Shown: one piece after another, positions 61,870 through 64,000 of the stretch
Layout of the letters: every line of letters starts with the position of its first letter
Position numbering within the stretch: the stretch's first letter is position 1
Source: Chiloscyllium plagiosum
Taxonomy: Eukaryota
Length of the DNA stretch: 64,000 nucleotides
Assembly: GCF_004010195.1 (NCBI RefSeq)
Contig: NC_057719.1
Location: 25,993,641 to 26,057,640, forward strand
Reading direction: 5' to 3'
Program-made: the position numbers and the translations under genes
Notes under the pieces: model-generated
Seen by the model: only the letters and a program-made list of their open reading frames with translations
Database searches by the model: none
Told to the model about the DNA's origin: nothing

Positions 61870-62595
61870 TCGAGCAGGAACATTCATGTCATACAAGTGC
61901 CAGGCAATAACCATCTAATCACTGCTCCTTGACATTCAATTTAGTTACCATCACTGAATCCCCCACTAATAACATCTTTGGGGTCACTACTGACCAGAAA
62001 CTCAACTGAACTCACCACAGACACAGTGGCTACAAGAGCAGATCACCTGTTAGGAATACTGTGTTGAGTAACTCACCTCCTGACTCCCAAAACCTGACCA
62101 CCAGCTACAAGGCATAAATCAGGAGCATGGTGGAATACTCCTGGATGGGTGCAACTTCAACAATACTCAAGAAGCTTGGCACCAGCAAGGCCAAAACAGC
62201 CCGCTTGATTGGCATTATATCCACAAGCATCCACTCCCTCCACCACTAGCGCCCAGTAGCAGAAGTGAAAGATGTACTGCAGAAATTCATCAAAGATCCT
62301 TGGACAACACCTTCCAAATCCACGACCACTTCCATCTAGATTGATGAGGGCAGCAGATACATGGGAACACCACCACATGCAAATTCTAAGCCACATACCA
62401 TCCTAACTTGGAAATATATCACTGTTCCTTTACTGCCAGTGGTTTAAAATCCTACCATTGTGGGTCAACCTTCAGCATGTGAATTGCAACAGTTCAAGAA
62501 GGCAGCTCACCACCAGCTTCTCAAAAGCAACTTCTAACGGGCAATAAATGTTGACCAGCCAGCGATGCCCACATCCCATGAGTAAATTTTTTTAA
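61870..62595 (+). mobile_element. LINE 3' region (second family)
   Basis: RT C-terminal remnants (tacaaggcataaatcaggagcatggtggaatactc) followed by the same 3' UTR as 5635-5983. Confidence 0.8.
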
Positions 62596-63844
62596 AAACC
62601 CAACTTTTGCCATAATGTATTGATTACGCTTTGTCTGGATGCAACTCCTCCACACTCCACAAAGCCACCCCTGGCCCTAATTAACTACCTTGCCTCAGGC
62701 AAGGAAAGTGACTGCTTTTCCAACAGGAAAACAAGAGCGGACTACCTTCTGGGTGGAGGTGGGAAAGGGCCTCCACTTACCCCCATCTGGTAGCTTTCAG
62801 CTACACCCCTTCCCTTGCATAAAACCACCCCCTCACCCCATAACCCCATCCCAAGATCTTTTAAAACAAGCTCACTCACGTTCTCAGCTTCCTAGCTGTG
62901 CAGGCCAGGCCTCCGGTGACAATCTCCAGTTCTCAGGGACTCATGATACACTGGAGAAGGCTGTCAGTCAGCCTTCTTACTGGTGGGGACAGGGAGTTAG
63001 TCACTTCTAAAGACACCCAGCACCACAACATCCAGAGCACTAAGTGAGGGCTATTGTTTGACCAGAGCTTGAAAATCAAGAACTATGACTCAGTCCAACA
63101 AAAGTCCCTTGCTGGTGCTTTCAATTCACCATTAAGTTCAGAATGTAAAGGTGCAAGAAAGGATCCTGAACTCATTCACTCTATATTTCTTGCAATCGCT
63201 ACATACATGACGAGCATGTGGATATGTCTAAAGGAAAGAGATGGAAATGATCTTAGCCAAATTATAAACAGACATGAGAGGTAGCTCTTGCTCAGCTTGT
63301 TTTTGACAGCAATACATTTTAGAGAATTAGTTCAATTTGAGCAGGACAAGGATTTTGTTCCATCTGAAAAAGAATGAATTCTGAATGAATAAGGAACAAT
63401 TGGATGAAAGAGACATTTCATTTTCAGCAGGAGAGGACTCATCCTTCCCAACAAAGAGGTTATGTTACAAAGGAGCTGGCTGTTTCACAGCTGAGAGCTT
63501 GTTAATTTATTCTACACTAGATTGTTGGCCTGTGGTGTGGTAGTCATCTCAAGAAGGTCTCATACCTTTAGAGAACTCAATCGTCTTCTGAATCTTTGCT
63601 CCAGGTTTGGGTGGAAACCACTGCATCAGCAAAACAAAAACTTGCTGCATAAATACAACCTGAGGTCATTGAAAAAAAACATTTTGGACAGACTTATGGT
63701 CATGAGTCCCTGAGACAGGGGGCTTAACCTAACAAAAATCTTTCAAAGTGGATCCATTTAATAGCGTCAAATAAGTTTGCAACTGAACATAAAATATTCC
63801 TTATTAACTTGTTTTTCTGAGTTGATATTAGACACAACCATGGT

Positions 63845-63965
63845 GAGGTAAAAACAATGACTGCAGATGCTGGAAACCAGATTCTGGATTAGTGGTGCTG
63901 GAAGAGCACAGCAGTTCAGGCAGCATCCAAGGAGCTTCGAAATCGACGTTTCAGGCAAAAGCCCT
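63845..63965 (-). mobile_element. Short PLE terminal-repeat insertion
   Basis: 12-bp duplication cacaaccatggt (63833-63844, 63966-63977). Truncated at hammerhead stem II. Confidence 0.85.
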
Positions 63966-64000
63966 CACAACCATGGTAATACAGGACTGGAGTTACACAT

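Noticed and set aside
1..64000. CRISPR array, operon or other prokaryotic system
   Set aside because: There is no regularly spaced repeat-spacer array and no gene-dense ORFs; the content is vertebrate retroelements.

Overview
Eukaryotic, AT-rich and repeat-dense genomic DNA from a vertebrate. The repeat families (HE1-like V-SINEs, CR1/HER1-type LINEs, DeuSINE-like elements) point to a cartilaginous fish (shark). There are two assembly gaps (3819-4626 and 32111-32800), both inside young retroelement insertions. The only host coding sequence I recognise is the last coding exon of LURAP1L on the minus strand (about 56107-56491). It is open to the expected ...YYCFG* terminus but shows an apparent 11-bp deletion/frameshift at its 5' end. 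The rest is intergenic or intronic and carries CR1-type LINEs, several SINE families, solo LTRs, a Gypsy relic, two TA-flanked MITEs and an RTE fragment. The most striking signal is about 18 Penelope-like element (PLE) derivatives from three sequence families. Most carry all or part of a minimal hammerhead-ribozyme motif (CTGA[T/A]GA-stem II-GAAA-palindromic stem III). Many are head-to-head fold-back insertions with 10-16 bp target duplications. Some captured local DNA (1066-1345), one carries an apparently transduced whole donor locus (30150-31194), and one has a tandem ribozyme dimer (7903-7985). All family names come from sequence recognition without database searches, and element boundaries are approximate unless a target duplication is quoted.
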